From an uncultured Acidimicrobiaceae bacterium (GTDB lineage: Bacteria > Actinomycetota > Acidimicrobiia > Acidimicrobiales > Bog-793): a stretch of DNA of 64,000 bases. Positions 42,134 through 51,054 of the stretch are shown one piece after another. Positions within the stretch are counted from its first letter, which is position 1. Each line of letters begins with the position of its first letter. Both the position numbers and the translations under genes were made by a program. Location: contig CAWECD010000013.1 of NCBI GenBank assembly GCA_963807575.1, positions 113,605 through 177,604 on the forward strand. Reading direction: 5' to 3'. The notes under the pieces are model-generated. The model searched no databases. It was not told the origin of the DNA and worked only from the letters and a program-made list of their open reading frames with translations.

Positions 42134-43051
42134 TCACTCGAAGCGGTCGACTGCGTAGGAAGCATCGAGAAAGAAGGCCACCTTCTCCGCGCCGGCGACC
42201 GGCGAGGGCAGGCGGCCCTCCGTTTGGCGTTCCCGGAAGGCCTCGGCAGCCTGGCGTTGCGGCTCGCTCCCGTGCTTGCCGTACCAGGCGAGCCTGTCCT
42301 TGACGCGACCGGGGCCACCGTACTTCCGGCTGAGCAACAGGTCCGCCTCCGCGGCGTAGCGCTCCTGTGCCGGCGAGACGAGCAACGCACCCGAGCTGTC
42401 GAGGCGCTGGTCATGAACTACCCGAGCCGAAGGCCTGTAGGTGCATTGGTAACCGGACAGCCGTAGCCGCCAGGAGTAATCGACGTCGTCACCATCGAGG
42501 AAGAACGACTCGGCGTCGAGGCCACCCAGTTTGGAGAAGAGCTCCGCACGGGTCAGCGCGAACGCCAGTGAGCACCATCCGGTCTCACCTGTCACCGGGT
42601 CGTACGCCTTCGGGTTCTCGAAGGGGAGTTGATGAGCCTCGACGAGCCCGACCTCCGGGCGGCCGACGAGGCCCCGGATCAGCTCTGTCACGGCCATCGG
42701 GCCGGTGACGACATCATCGTTGCAGAGCAGCAGGAGCTCGGAGCCGTTCTGGCTGAAGAGGCGGTTGTGCCCTTCGGCATGACCGAGGTTCTGCCCGAAC
42801 CGCTCGTAGGTGAAGCTCGCGTCACCGTGGGCCAGGGCGGCGCGGAGCGCATCCAGGGTCTTCTTGCTGAGACCGGCCTTCTCCGAGCAGTCGCCGATGG
42901 CGACGACCGTGTCGCCCAAGAGCCCTTCAGCCCGTGCGTTGTGAAGCGACTGGGCGAGAGCCTCGGCATACCTGAGCAGCATGGTCGGAGTGAACGCGTG
43001 CGCGACGGTCTGCACGCGCAGACTGGACCGAGACACCTCGGCTTGCGGCAC
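42134..43051 (-). CDS. Family 2 glycosyltransferase (WbbL/RfbF-like), paralogue of 38745..39695
   Basis: 305 aa. Motifs are LLLCNDDVV and FFLDGDDVDYSWRLRLSG. It aligns along its whole length with the 316-aa GT2. Confidence 0.8.
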   Translation of the reverse strand: MPQAEVSRSSLRVQTVAHAFTPTMLLRYAEALAQSLHNARAEGLLGDTVVAIGDCSEKAGLSKKTLDALRAALAHGDASFTYERFGQNLGHAEGHNRLFSQNGSELLLLCNDDVVTGPMAVTELIRGLVGRPEVGLVEAHQLPFENPKAYDPVTGETGWCSLAFALTRAELFSKLGGLDAESFFLDGDDVDYSWRLRLSGYQCTYRPSARVVHDQRLDSSGALLVSPAQERYAAEADLLLSRKYGGPGRVKDRLAWYGKHGSEPQRQAAEAFRERQTEGRLPSPVAGAEKVAFFLDASYAVDRFE

Positions 43052-43395
43052 GGCACTCCGATCTCCAGAGAACCCCCGGTCCTGTGACGGGGCTCAGCTG
43101 TCGACACTATCTCCGATGCAGCCCCCCGGGTGGCCCAGATCTCCGGCGCAGCCTCCCGGGCGGTCCAGTCGGATCCACGGTCCTCGGAGGCAGTGCCACC
43201 GGCCTGTGCTTCGCTCAGGTCCGCGCCTTTCGGCTACATTGCCTCGGCCTGCTCTGCGGCGCCGAGGGCCGCCATCGAGGGCCGGCACCGGGGGGCCGGT
43301 ATCGACCGCGACGTCCGCCAGGACGCTGCTCCCCGTTGCTATTATTTAGTGCTAAGCTCGACTCCGCCGGGTCACTCTCATCTCAAAGGACGGAC

Positions 43396-44238
43396 ATGCC
43401 GAAGAAGCTGCTGACTCTGCCCCAGGTCGCAGACAGGCTCGGCGTTCACTACATGACCGCCTACCGCTACGTCCGTACCGGCCGGCTCCCCGCCAGGCGT
43501 GTCAAGGGCGCGTGGCAGGTCGACCCGGCGGACCTCGCCTTTGTGGAGCGCTCCAGGCAAGGGACCCGGTCTTCCGGGGCGACAGTCAAAGCCCCGTCCT
43601 GGAAGCGCCTCGAGGCGCGGCTGGTGGCCAGTGACGAAGCCGGGGCGTGGGACGTCCTCGAAGAGGCACTGGCGGCCGGCATGGGGCCGGAAGACGTGCT
43701 CTTGGAGCTCATCGCCCCGGCCTTGCACTCCATTGGGACGCTGTGGGAGGAGGGCGGGCTCACTGTCGCGGATGAACACCGGGCCAGCGCCGTCGCCGCG
43801 CGGCTCATCAGCAGGCTGGGTGCCCGTTTTGCCCGCCGGGGCCACAGGCGGGGAACTGTCGTCCTCGCCGCGCCGCCCGGGGAGCTGCACGGGCTGCCGG
43901 TCTCCATCGCCGCCAACTTGCTGCGGTGGCGGGGATTCGAGGTGGTCGAGCTCGGGGCGGACACACCCCCGGACGCGTTCGCCGAGACCGCGGCAGGCGA
44001 GCCCGGCCTCCTGGCCGTGGGGATCGCATGCACCACGAGCAGCTCCGCCCGGGCGGTGCGCCGAAGCATCGCTGCCCTGCGCCGGGTCGTCCCGCACGTG
44101 CCAGTCCTGCTCGGCGGGGCCGCCATCACCGACGCCGCTCACGCCCGACACCTGGGCGCCGACGTGTTCACCGGCGCGCGTGCCTCCGAGGTCGTGTCCT
44201 CTGTCGAGGCCATCGCCGCCCTCAAGTCCTCGACCTGA
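43396..44238 (+). CDS. HTH (excisionase/MerR-superfamily) + cobalamin B12-binding domain regulator
   Basis: 280 aa from the ATG at 43396, with RBS AAAGGA. The track start is 43084. The N-terminus LTLPQVADRLGVHYMTAYRYVRTGRLPA is HTH_17-like. The middle, LIAPALHSIGTLWEEGGLTVADEHRAS, is B12-binding_2-like. Then comes a Rossmann-like B12-binding fold with PPGELHGLP (His present in a DxHxxG-like position). Confidence 0.75.
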   Translation: MPKKLLTLPQVADRLGVHYMTAYRYVRTGRLPARRVKGAWQVDPADLAFVERSRQGTRSSGATVKAPSWKRLEARLVASDEAGAWDVLEEALAAGMGPEDVLLELIAPALHSIGTLWEEGGLTVADEHRASAVAARLISRLGARFARRGHRRGTVVLAAPPGELHGLPVSIAANLLRWRGFEVVELGADTPPDAFAETAAGEPGLLAVGIACTTSSSARAVRRSIAALRRVVPHVPVLLGGAAITDAAHARHLGADVFTGARASEVVSSVEAIAALKSST

Positions 44239-44340
44239 CGCAACTGCACGCGGCCGCAACGGCGGGCTCAAACTGACGCCTCCGGCGGACAGGGGCGGCA
44301 GACGGCGGCGGCCCGGCGGCGACCCAGCCCTCAATTCTGC

Positions 44341-44796
44341 TTATTCGCGGCACTCCGGGCACAGGCCGAGCAGGTCGAGCTGGTGCTCGGTGACCTGGTA
44401 GCCCTGTTCTTCCGCCACGGCCCGGGCCGCCTCGCCCAGCGCCCGTTCCAACCTCGGAGAAGGGTGGACGTCCTCCACCTTCCCGCACGTCGCACAGACG
44501 AAGTGGTGGTGGTGGCTCGAGAGCTCCTCGGCCAGCTCGAACCGGCCGTGGTCGTCGGCTCCGGCGACCCTGCGCACGACCCCGACATCGATGAGAGCGG
44601 TCATGTTCCTGTAGGCGCTGCTCTGGGGGAGCTCAGGGGCTGACGCGACGATCTCGGGAATGGTGAGCGGCCGCCCGGCCGCCGCCAATGTCTCGACGAG
44701 AACCCTCCGCAGGTGCGTGTACCGCTGGTCCGCACCGGCCAGCCTGAGGCTGACGGCTTCATGGACAGAGCGTGCGATCACCACGGCCGCAGACAT
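44341..44796 (-). CDS. zur: Fur family transcriptional regulator, probably zinc-responsive
   Basis: 151 aa. It has a wHTH (RPLTIPEIVASAPELPQSSAYRNMTALIDVGVV) and the metal-site motifs HHHHFVCATCG and CPEC. It is the last gene of the metal ABC importer operon, and the Zur assignment rests on that context. Confidence 0.75.
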   Translation of the reverse strand: MSAAVVIARSVHEAVSLRLAGADQRYTHLRRVLVETLAAAGRPLTIPEIVASAPELPQSSAYRNMTALIDVGVVRRVAGADDHGRFELAEELSSHHHHFVCATCGKVEDVHPSPRLERALGEAARAVAEEQGYQVTEHQLDLLGLCPECRE

Positions 44797-45674
44797 TAGG
44801 TCGCCTCGCCTCTCATCCCAACGGCCGTCGCAAGCTGCACGGGTCCCGTCGCGAACTGCCTGTCACCGTCCTCGCGTCCGGCACGGGAGCGATGCCAAGC
44901 GGCCCAGCCGCGCCCGGCAACGAAGAACACGGCGCCGAGGACGCCGACGAAGAACCCGACGGGCCAATCGGTCTCGTACGACGCCGCGATGGCTATCCAC
45001 ACGATGGCCACCGAGATTCCGACCGAGAGACCCAACGCGCCCATCGGTCTGTCGGTGAACGACCGGGCCGCGCCCGGGGCGCCGATCATCAGGCTGAACA
45101 TCAACAGGGCTCCGACGACTGGGACCGACATGGTGGTGACAAGCGCCACGACCACCAGGAAGCACATCTCCATCCGGCGGGTGCGCACTCCGCGTGCCTC
45201 TGCCACCTCCGGCATCACCGATGCCAAAAGGAGCGGGCGGTACAAGACCACGACGGCGGCGATGCACACCGCTCCGAGCACGGCCGTTGCCAGCACTTGG
45301 TTGTTGCTTACCCCGAGCACCTCGCCGAACAGGAGCGCATAGATGTCAGACGCGTACTGCTCGCTCCAGCTCAGGAACAGTGCCCCGAGCCCGAGCATGA
45401 ACACGAGCGTGAGCGCCGTCATCGCGTCGTGACGGCCACGTTTGCCCAACAATCCAATCGAGAGGGCGCTGATGACGGCGAAGGTCCCCAGTCCCAAGAA
45501 GATGCTGACCCCGATCAGGGAGGCACCAGCGGCTCCGGCGAAGCCGGCCTGGGGGACCGCGTGGGCCACGAAGGCCGAGCCCCGCAGGACCGTGAAGAAC
45601 CCGACGACGCCCGCGACAACGGCGACCATCGTGGCAACGATCCAGGCATTGGCCATGAACCCGGTGAACATCAC
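44796..45674 (-). CDS. Metal ABC transporter permease (ABC-3/ZnuB-MntB family)
   Basis: 292 aa and polytopic, with a typical ABC-3 N-terminus FMANAWIVATMVAVVAGVVGFFTVLRG. Start and stop codons overlap the neighbouring genes. Confidence 0.85.
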   Translation of the reverse strand: MMFTGFMANAWIVATMVAVVAGVVGFFTVLRGSAFVAHAVPQAGFAGAAGASLIGVSIFLGLGTFAVISALSIGLLGKRGRHDAMTALTLVFMLGLGALFLSWSEQYASDIYALLFGEVLGVSNNQVLATAVLGAVCIAAVVVLYRPLLLASVMPEVAEARGVRTRRMEMCFLVVVALVTTMSVPVVGALLMFSLMIGAPGAARSFTDRPMGALGLSVGISVAIVWIAIAASYETDWPVGFFVGVLGAVFFVAGRGWAAWHRSRAGREDGDRQFATGPVQLATAVGMRGEAT

Positions 45675-46648
45675 TCGCCTCCCAGCACAGGCGGCAAGGA
45701 CGGCAGTGTGCGACCGGCCACGCCGGCCGGGACCTTGCGGCTCGTGGCCGCGCCCGTGACGGCTCGCCTCGTCCGTCCCCGGCTGGCGAGATCGGCCCCG
45801 AGGTACACGACGAGGATCAAGCCCACGACGAAGAAGCTCACCGGCCAGCCCCGTCCTTTTGGCGGCCAGTAGTAGCTGTCATAAGCGAGCAGGATGCCGA
45901 GCCAGGTCACCACGAGCCCGATGACAGCCGCCCAGGCGATCGCCAGGCCGGGCCGCTTGGTCAGCCGCAGCGCCGCCGCGGCGGGCCCGATCAGGACTGC
46001 GGTGCTGAGGATCGCCCCGATGGTCACACAGGAAAGCGACACCGCGACCGCCATTGCAAACAGGTACAGGATGGCGACAGCGCGCACCGGCACGCCCCGT
46101 GCCGAGGCGATGTCCTGGCTCACCGCGCTCAACAGCAGTGGGCGATATAGCAAGACGACGACGGCGAGGGCCACAACGCTCAGCGCGGCGAAGACGGGGA
46201 TCATCGACGCACGGATCACGAACATGGAGCCGAACAGGATGGTGATGGTGGCGCCGCTCGTATTGCTCTCGGTCGTGCCCAGGTAAAGGAACAGGGCTGC
46301 GATCCCGAGGCCGGCGCCGAGCACGATGCCCGTGGCCATGTCCCTCGCCCGCGGCCGCCGGGCCCCGAAGAGCTCCATGGCGCCGGCTCCGATGACCGCG
46401 AAGGTCACAAAGCCCCAGAGCGGGTTGGCGCCGACCAGGAAAGCCCCCGAGCCACCCGTGGTGCCCAGGTCGCCCAGGGAATGGCCGGCGAAGGACTGGC
46501 CGCGGATGACCGTGAACACGCCCACCACCGCGGAGACGAACGAGACGGCACCGCCCACGACGACCGCGACGCGAACCGGCGCGCTCGCGAAGAAACCAGG
46601 TTCGAAGATGCCGTTGAGGATCGTGCTCACCCGATCACCCGAGCCCAC
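45671..46648 (-). CDS. Metal ABC transporter permease (second ABC-3 subunit)
   Basis: Paralogous polytopic protein (VGVFTVIRGQSFAGHSLGD). The start is uncertain, either the GTG at 46648 or the GTG at 46630. Confidence 0.8.
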   Translation of the reverse strand: MGSGDRVSTILNGIFEPGFFASAPVRVAVVVGGAVSFVSAVVGVFTVIRGQSFAGHSLGDLGTTGGSGAFLVGANPLWGFVTFAVIGAGAMELFGARRPRARDMATGIVLGAGLGIAALFLYLGTTESNTSGATITILFGSMFVIRASMIPVFAALSVVALAVVVLLYRPLLLSAVSQDIASARGVPVRAVAILYLFAMAVAVSLSCVTIGAILSTAVLIGPAAAALRLTKRPGLAIAWAAVIGLVVTWLGILLAYDSYYWPPKGRGWPVSFFVVGLILVVYLGADLASRGRTRRAVTGAATSRKVPAGVAGRTLPSLPPVLGGE

Positions 46649-47486
46649 GGGGCACGACGCTGTGCCCGCTCTCGAGCTCGGTGTGGTGGGTCTCGTCCTC
46701 GCCCGCGACCACCAGGATGCGATCGCGAACGTGCAGCACGTCGACGTGATGGCCGTACAGAGCGCTCAGGACGTCTTCGCGGACCACCTCTTCGGTCGAT
46801 CCGCTTGCGGCGCGACCCGACGCGACGTACACGACGCGGTCCATCACCGGCAGCAGCGGGTTCATCTCGTGGGCGGAGATGAGCACCGCTATGGCTTGTT
46901 CCTTCGCGATCCTTGCCAGGAGGCCGACGACCTCCTGCTCGCTGCGGATGTCGAGGTTGGCGAGCGGCTCGTCTAAGAGCAGGAGCCGCGGGTGGCTGAT
47001 CAGTGCGTGCGCGATCAGGGTCCGCTGGAGCTCGCCTCCCGAGAGCTGGCCGACGCGGGCCTCGCCAAAGCCTCGGGCATCAACGGCCTCCAGCATCTCG
47101 TCGACCAATTGGCGGCGGCTTCGCGAAGGAAGCGGGATGCCGAACCTGTCGCCGTCGAGCCCGAGAGCCACCAGGTCCCGTGCCCGCAAGGGCACGTCCG
47201 GGTCGAGCCCGATGCTCTGGGGGACATAGCCGATGGACCGGTTGCGACGCGGGCGCGGATGACCGGCAAAGAGCACCTTGCCTGCCGAAGGTGTCTCCAG
47301 CCCGAGAATCACCTTGAATATGGTCGTCTTGCCGGCGCCGTTGGACCCGATGAGGCCGGTGACCTCGCCGGCATGGAGACTGAACCCGACATCGTGGAGG
47401 ATCTCCCGGCCGGAGAGCCAGAGCGACACACCTTCGAGCGAGCAGATCTCCTCACGACTTGCGCCGGGTGCGAAGGCGTCGGTCAC
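46635..47486 (-). CDS. Metal ABC transporter ATP-binding protein (ZnuC/MntA-like)
   Basis: The start is the GTG at 47486, overlapping the SBP stop (GTGA). It has Walker A GSNGAGKTT, signature LSGGELQR and Walker B LLLLDEP. The 5' part of track ORF 46635..48014 is an out-of-frame extension. Confidence 0.85.
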   Translation of the reverse strand: MTDAFAPGASREEICSLEGVSLWLSGREILHDVGFSLHAGEVTGLIGSNGAGKTTIFKVILGLETPSAGKVLFAGHPRPRRNRSIGYVPQSIGLDPDVPLRARDLVALGLDGDRFGIPLPSRSRRQLVDEMLEAVDARGFGEARVGQLSGGELQRTLIAHALISHPRLLLLDEPLANLDIRSEQEVVGLLARIAKEQAIAVLISAHEMNPLLPVMDRVVYVASGRAASGSTEEVVREDVLSALYGHHVDVLHVRDRILVVAGEDETHHTELESGHSVVPRGLG

Positions 47487-48487
47487 AAGTGCTCCGTCGA
47501 GACCTTGTCGACCACGGCCCTCTGAAGGGCGCGGACCTCGGCCACCATCCAGGTCTGGTAGTCGTAGCCGGGCGTCGGCATCGTCTCGTACACGCCCACG
47601 ACAGGTATCCCGCTCTTCTTGGCAAGCTCCAGGAACGACTGGGTGATCGAGTCGGTCACCTGCTCGTTGTACAGGAAGACCTTGACCTTGTGGACGGTGA
47701 ACAGGCTGTCTTGAAAGGTGATGTCCTCCGGCGCCGGGTCCACCCCGTTCATGATGTCCGCCTGCAGCGCCCAGGGAGTCTCGTTGTCGGTCCCGGCGGC
47801 CTCGAGCATGTAGTCGGCGACCGGCTCGGTGGTGGCCACCGGAGTGCCCGGATGGCCGGCCTTGAACTCCGCGATGGCCGCAAGCCAAGGCGTGAGGGAA
47901 CGGTCGAATTTCGCCAGGTTTGCCCTGAAATAGCCGGCGTGGGGGGGATCGAGAGCCGACAGGTCGCCGGCGATCGCCTTCGCCACCGCCGGCATCGTCT
48001 CCGGCTTGTACCAAAGGTGCGGGTTCGGCGAGCTGTTCGCAAGCCCGAGCGTCTCTTGGACGTCTATGACCTTTCGTTTCGGGTTCGAGGACGCGGCCTC
48101 GATGGTGTTCATGAACGTGTCGTAACCGGCACCGTTCTGGACGACGAGTTGAGCGGCGCTGACCTCGGCGGCCACGGACGGGCTCGCTTCGAACGAATGG
48201 GGATCGGTGCTGGGATTGCTCACGATCGCAGACACCTCGACGTACCTGCCGCCGATCTGCGCGATGACATTCGCATACTGGTTCTCTGCGCCCACGGCCG
48301 CGACGACTCCACCGCCCCGAATGCCCGTCGTGCTCGAGCAGGCGGACCCGAGCAGCGCCACGGCAAGGCAGACGGCAACGACCTTCGCCCAGCTACCACC
48401 TCGCAGGAGCGGAAGAGACTCTTTCGTGTCACACCTCGCGAGCCGAGGCGGCCGCCTAGTTGCCACCGCGAGCGGAATGATAATCAC
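47483..48487 (-). CDS. Metal ABC transporter substrate-binding protein (TroA/ZnuA cluster 9 type)
   Basis: It has a lipoprotein-like signal (VAVCLAVALLGSACS) and the motifs DPHSFE and NPHLWY. The true start is probably downstream of the track start at 48487. Confidence 0.8.
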   Translation of the reverse strand: MIIIPLAVATRRPPRLARCDTKESLPLLRGGSWAKVVAVCLAVALLGSACSSTTGIRGGGVVAAVGAENQYANVIAQIGGRYVEVSAIVSNPSTDPHSFEASPSVAAEVSAAQLVVQNGAGYDTFMNTIEAASSNPKRKVIDVQETLGLANSSPNPHLWYKPETMPAVAKAIAGDLSALDPPHAGYFRANLAKFDRSLTPWLAAIAEFKAGHPGTPVATTEPVADYMLEAAGTDNETPWALQADIMNGVDPAPEDITFQDSLFTVHKVKVFLYNEQVTDSITQSFLELAKKSGIPVVGVYETMPTPGYDYQTWMVAEVRALQRAVVDKVSTEHL

Positions 48488-48495
48488 TCCTATTA
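48476..48495 (-). promoter_or_regulatory. Candidate Zur/Fur-type operator upstream of the metal importer operon
   Basis: AATGATAATCACTCCTATTA is an AT-rich island in GC-rich DNA. The core TGATAATCA is nearly palindromic and resembles actinobacterial Zur boxes (TGAnAAnnATTnTCA type). Confidence 0.3.
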
Positions 48496-48754
48496 CGGTG
48501 GGTCAACCGCGAGTCCCTCCTCAGGCCGCCACCTGGCGCCGGAAACCTCGATGGACGAGGACGGCGTTGGGCTCGGTCGCAACGAGACCGACATCTTGAT
48601 ATGGGACCTTCGGCACTATGGCGCGACCGGTGGGCGTCATAGCGTGAGCGATGGTCCTAGGCGTGCCAGGTGCCGGGGGACACTCCCTCACCGGTGTCGC
48701 TGAGACGCCTGGTGCGCCGGGACCGTTCTCTTTGCCCCCTCACTGGTTACCCGC

Positions 48755-49930
48755 TCATCTCGCGATACAGCCGCCGGTACCAACGACCGTCGAAGCCGGC
48801 AATGACTCGGCCCTCCGGACGCGCGCGAGGACTCCCGGAGATGCGAGCGCGTAGCCGATGTCGTTGCTGGTGGGCGAGCGCGAGAAGACCACGCCGATGA
48901 CGACACCGTCCGGCTCGACGAGCGGGCCGCCGGAGTTCCCCGGCCGGACGAGGGCCTGGATCACGTAGACCGCGCGCACCGTCGGGTTCTCACCGTAGAT
49001 GTCGAGCCCGGTCGCGAGGATCTCCGAGCGCACTCCCGCGCGGTCGACCGCAAGGGGACCCCCCTCCGGATAGCCGAGCACCACGGCTTTTGTGGCCCGG
49101 GCCACCGTGCCCGGATCGATGGTCAGCGCCCGTTCCGCCAGTCCTTGCACGCGCAGGACGGCAAGGTCGAACTCGGGGTCGAACAGCTCGACCACCGCAG
49201 CGTGGTAGCCGACCGAGTCCTCGACCCTGATCGACTGCGTGCCGGCGACCACGTGGGCGTTCGTGACAACCAGGCCTGGCGCCACCACGAAGCCCGAGCC
49301 CTCCTGGACCTCGCCACATCCGACCGCGATCACCTTCACCGTGGAAGGGGCGGCCCTGCCGGCACCAGCCCGTACCTCGGCAGCGGAGGGATAGGGCACC
49401 GGCCCGGCGAGCTGGATGAAACCGTCAGCCACGAGCTGCAGGCCCTCGTCACTCAGGAAACGCTCCACGGGCGCGAGTGCCGTCGGTATCGGGGGCATGA
49501 CCTTGGTGACGAACTGGACGATGCCAGAACCGTTGATCTGGTTGGCCACGAGAGAGAACTGGCTGTTCACCAGGATCGAGGCAAGCACCCAGACCACGAC
49601 GAAGGCCCCGCCGGTCGCGATGATCGCACCACCTGCTGCGTCGACGGCACCGAAACGGGCCTTGCGCAGCCGGCGCCACAGTCCCGCTCCCACCTGGCGC
49701 CCTGCGGTGGCGAGCACCGCCGCGGGCACGAGCAGCAGCAGCAGGGCAAGAAGAGTCTTCGCGTGCTGCCCGTTCACATGAGGGCAGACGAGGAGGACCA
49801 GCACCACGCCGAGAGCCAGGCCGCCGAGGGCCCCGCCGTAGGACAGGATCTGGACGGCGGCGCCCCGCCGGAACCCACGGAAGGCCGATGCCAGGATGAC
49901 GACTATGAGGATCACATCGAGAACATTCAT
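48755..49930 (-). CDS. marP: CvpA-domain + trypsin-like serine protease (MarP-like)
   Basis: 391 aa. It has four N-terminal TM helices (CvpA-like) and a C-terminal chymotrypsin fold with TNAHVV, D and GNSGGP. The architecture matches mycobacterial MarP (Rv3671c). Confidence 0.75.
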   Translation of the reverse strand: MNVLDVILIVVILASAFRGFRRGAAVQILSYGGALGGLALGVVLVLLVCPHVNGQHAKTLLALLLLLVPAAVLATAGRQVGAGLWRRLRKARFGAVDAAGGAIIATGGAFVVVWVLASILVNSQFSLVANQINGSGIVQFVTKVMPPIPTALAPVERFLSDEGLQLVADGFIQLAGPVPYPSAAEVRAGAGRAAPSTVKVIAVGCGEVQEGSGFVVAPGLVVTNAHVVAGTQSIRVEDSVGYHAAVVELFDPEFDLAVLRVQGLAERALTIDPGTVARATKAVVLGYPEGGPLAVDRAGVRSEILATGLDIYGENPTVRAVYVIQALVRPGNSGGPLVEPDGVVIGVVFSRSPTSNDIGYALASPGVLARVRRAESLPASTVVGTGGCIAR

Positions 49931-50310
49931 GTCCGAGCCCGGTCAGGTCCGGCTGCCGGTCACCGGAATTGGGCGCAGACGCCGCGCTCGTCGCGGAAAG
50001 CTCGAGAACCGCTCAGGTCGCGGGCTCGAGGCATCGGTCGGTCCATGGGCTTGGGCCGAGTGTAGGCGCGTGCCCGCCGGAGGCGGACGCGTCCCTGCGG
50101 GCAATTCCGCCATTGTGCGCCGCGTTCGCGGGCTTGGAGCGACAACTTGGGACCTGCCGGGGCGCCGGCAGTGGCACCGGCTTCACATCGGGCGCTCACC
50201 TGCTCCAAACTGGAGTCGTGCCTCCATCGGCCGACCCTCCCCTCGTGCCCCCGCGGGCTTCCGCCAAGAGTCGCTCGCTGACTCCCGGCGTCCCGGGATG
50301 GCTGGCCGCG

Positions 50311-51054
50311 ATGCTGAAGGCTCGCACTAGGCCTCGGAGCTTCTCCGAGCCGCCAACCCAAGAGCACCACCACCGCGACATCAGGGGAGGCAGCGCGCGG
50401 GCCGCCGTGTTCGGCATCAGTGACGGCCTTGTGACCAATGTTTCTCTGATCCTCGGGCTCTCGGGGGCGAGCCCGCCCGCCGGGGTCGTGCGACTTGCCG
50501 GTCTGGCAGGGCTCCTCGGCGGTGCGTTCTCGATGGCTGCCGGTGAGTACATCTCGATGCGCGCTCAGACCGAGCTGTTCCAGCGCGAGATCGAACGTGA
50601 GCGCCAAGAGATCCACCGTCGCCCCGAGGGAGAGCTCCAGGAGCTGGTGAGAATCTATGAGAGCCGCGGCATCTCCACTGAGCTCGCCACCGAAGTCGCC
50701 AAGCAGATGATGGCCGATCCGCAGCTTGCACTCGAGACCCACGCCCGCGAGGAGCTCGGCATCCATCCCGACTCACTCGGCAGGCCTGTGCAGGCGGCCT
50801 TCGCGTCGTTCGGGACCTTCAGCGTGGGTGCCTTGTTGCCGCTGATCCCGTTTCTCGTCGGAGGTGGAAACGGTGCCGTGCTCGCGTCGATCGTGATCGC
50901 GGCCATCGCTGCGGTGATCGTGGGCTCGGCGCTCTCGCTGTTCACGGGGCGTTCATGGTGGTGGTCGGCATTCCGCCAGCTTGCGATCTGTGCCGCGGCC
51001 GGTGCCGTCACCTACGGTGTCGGCGCAGCAGTCGGCCTGAGCACTGTCCACTGA
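50311..51054 (+). CDS. VIT1/CCC1 family iron/manganese transporter
   Basis: 247 aa from the in-frame ATG at 50311. The track start is 49969. Motifs are FGISDGLVTN and AAGEYISM, followed by a central helical acidic domain and C-terminal TM helices. Confidence 0.8.
   Translation: MLKARTRPRSFSEPPTQEHHHRDIRGGSARAAVFGISDGLVTNVSLILGLSGASPPAGVVRLAGLAGLLGGAFSMAAGEYISMRAQTELFQREIERERQEIHRRPEGELQELVRIYESRGISTELATEVAKQMMADPQLALETHAREELGIHPDSLGRPVQAAFASFGTFSVGALLPLIPFLVGGGNGAVLASIVIAAIAAVIVGSALSLFTGRSWWWSAFRQLAICAAAGAVTYGVGAAVGLSTVH

Noticed and set aside
43378-44334. 318-aa minus-strand ORF
   Set aside because: It is antisense to the HTH/B12-binding regulator gene, which has clear domain motifs. The product is Arg/Gly/Pro-rich.
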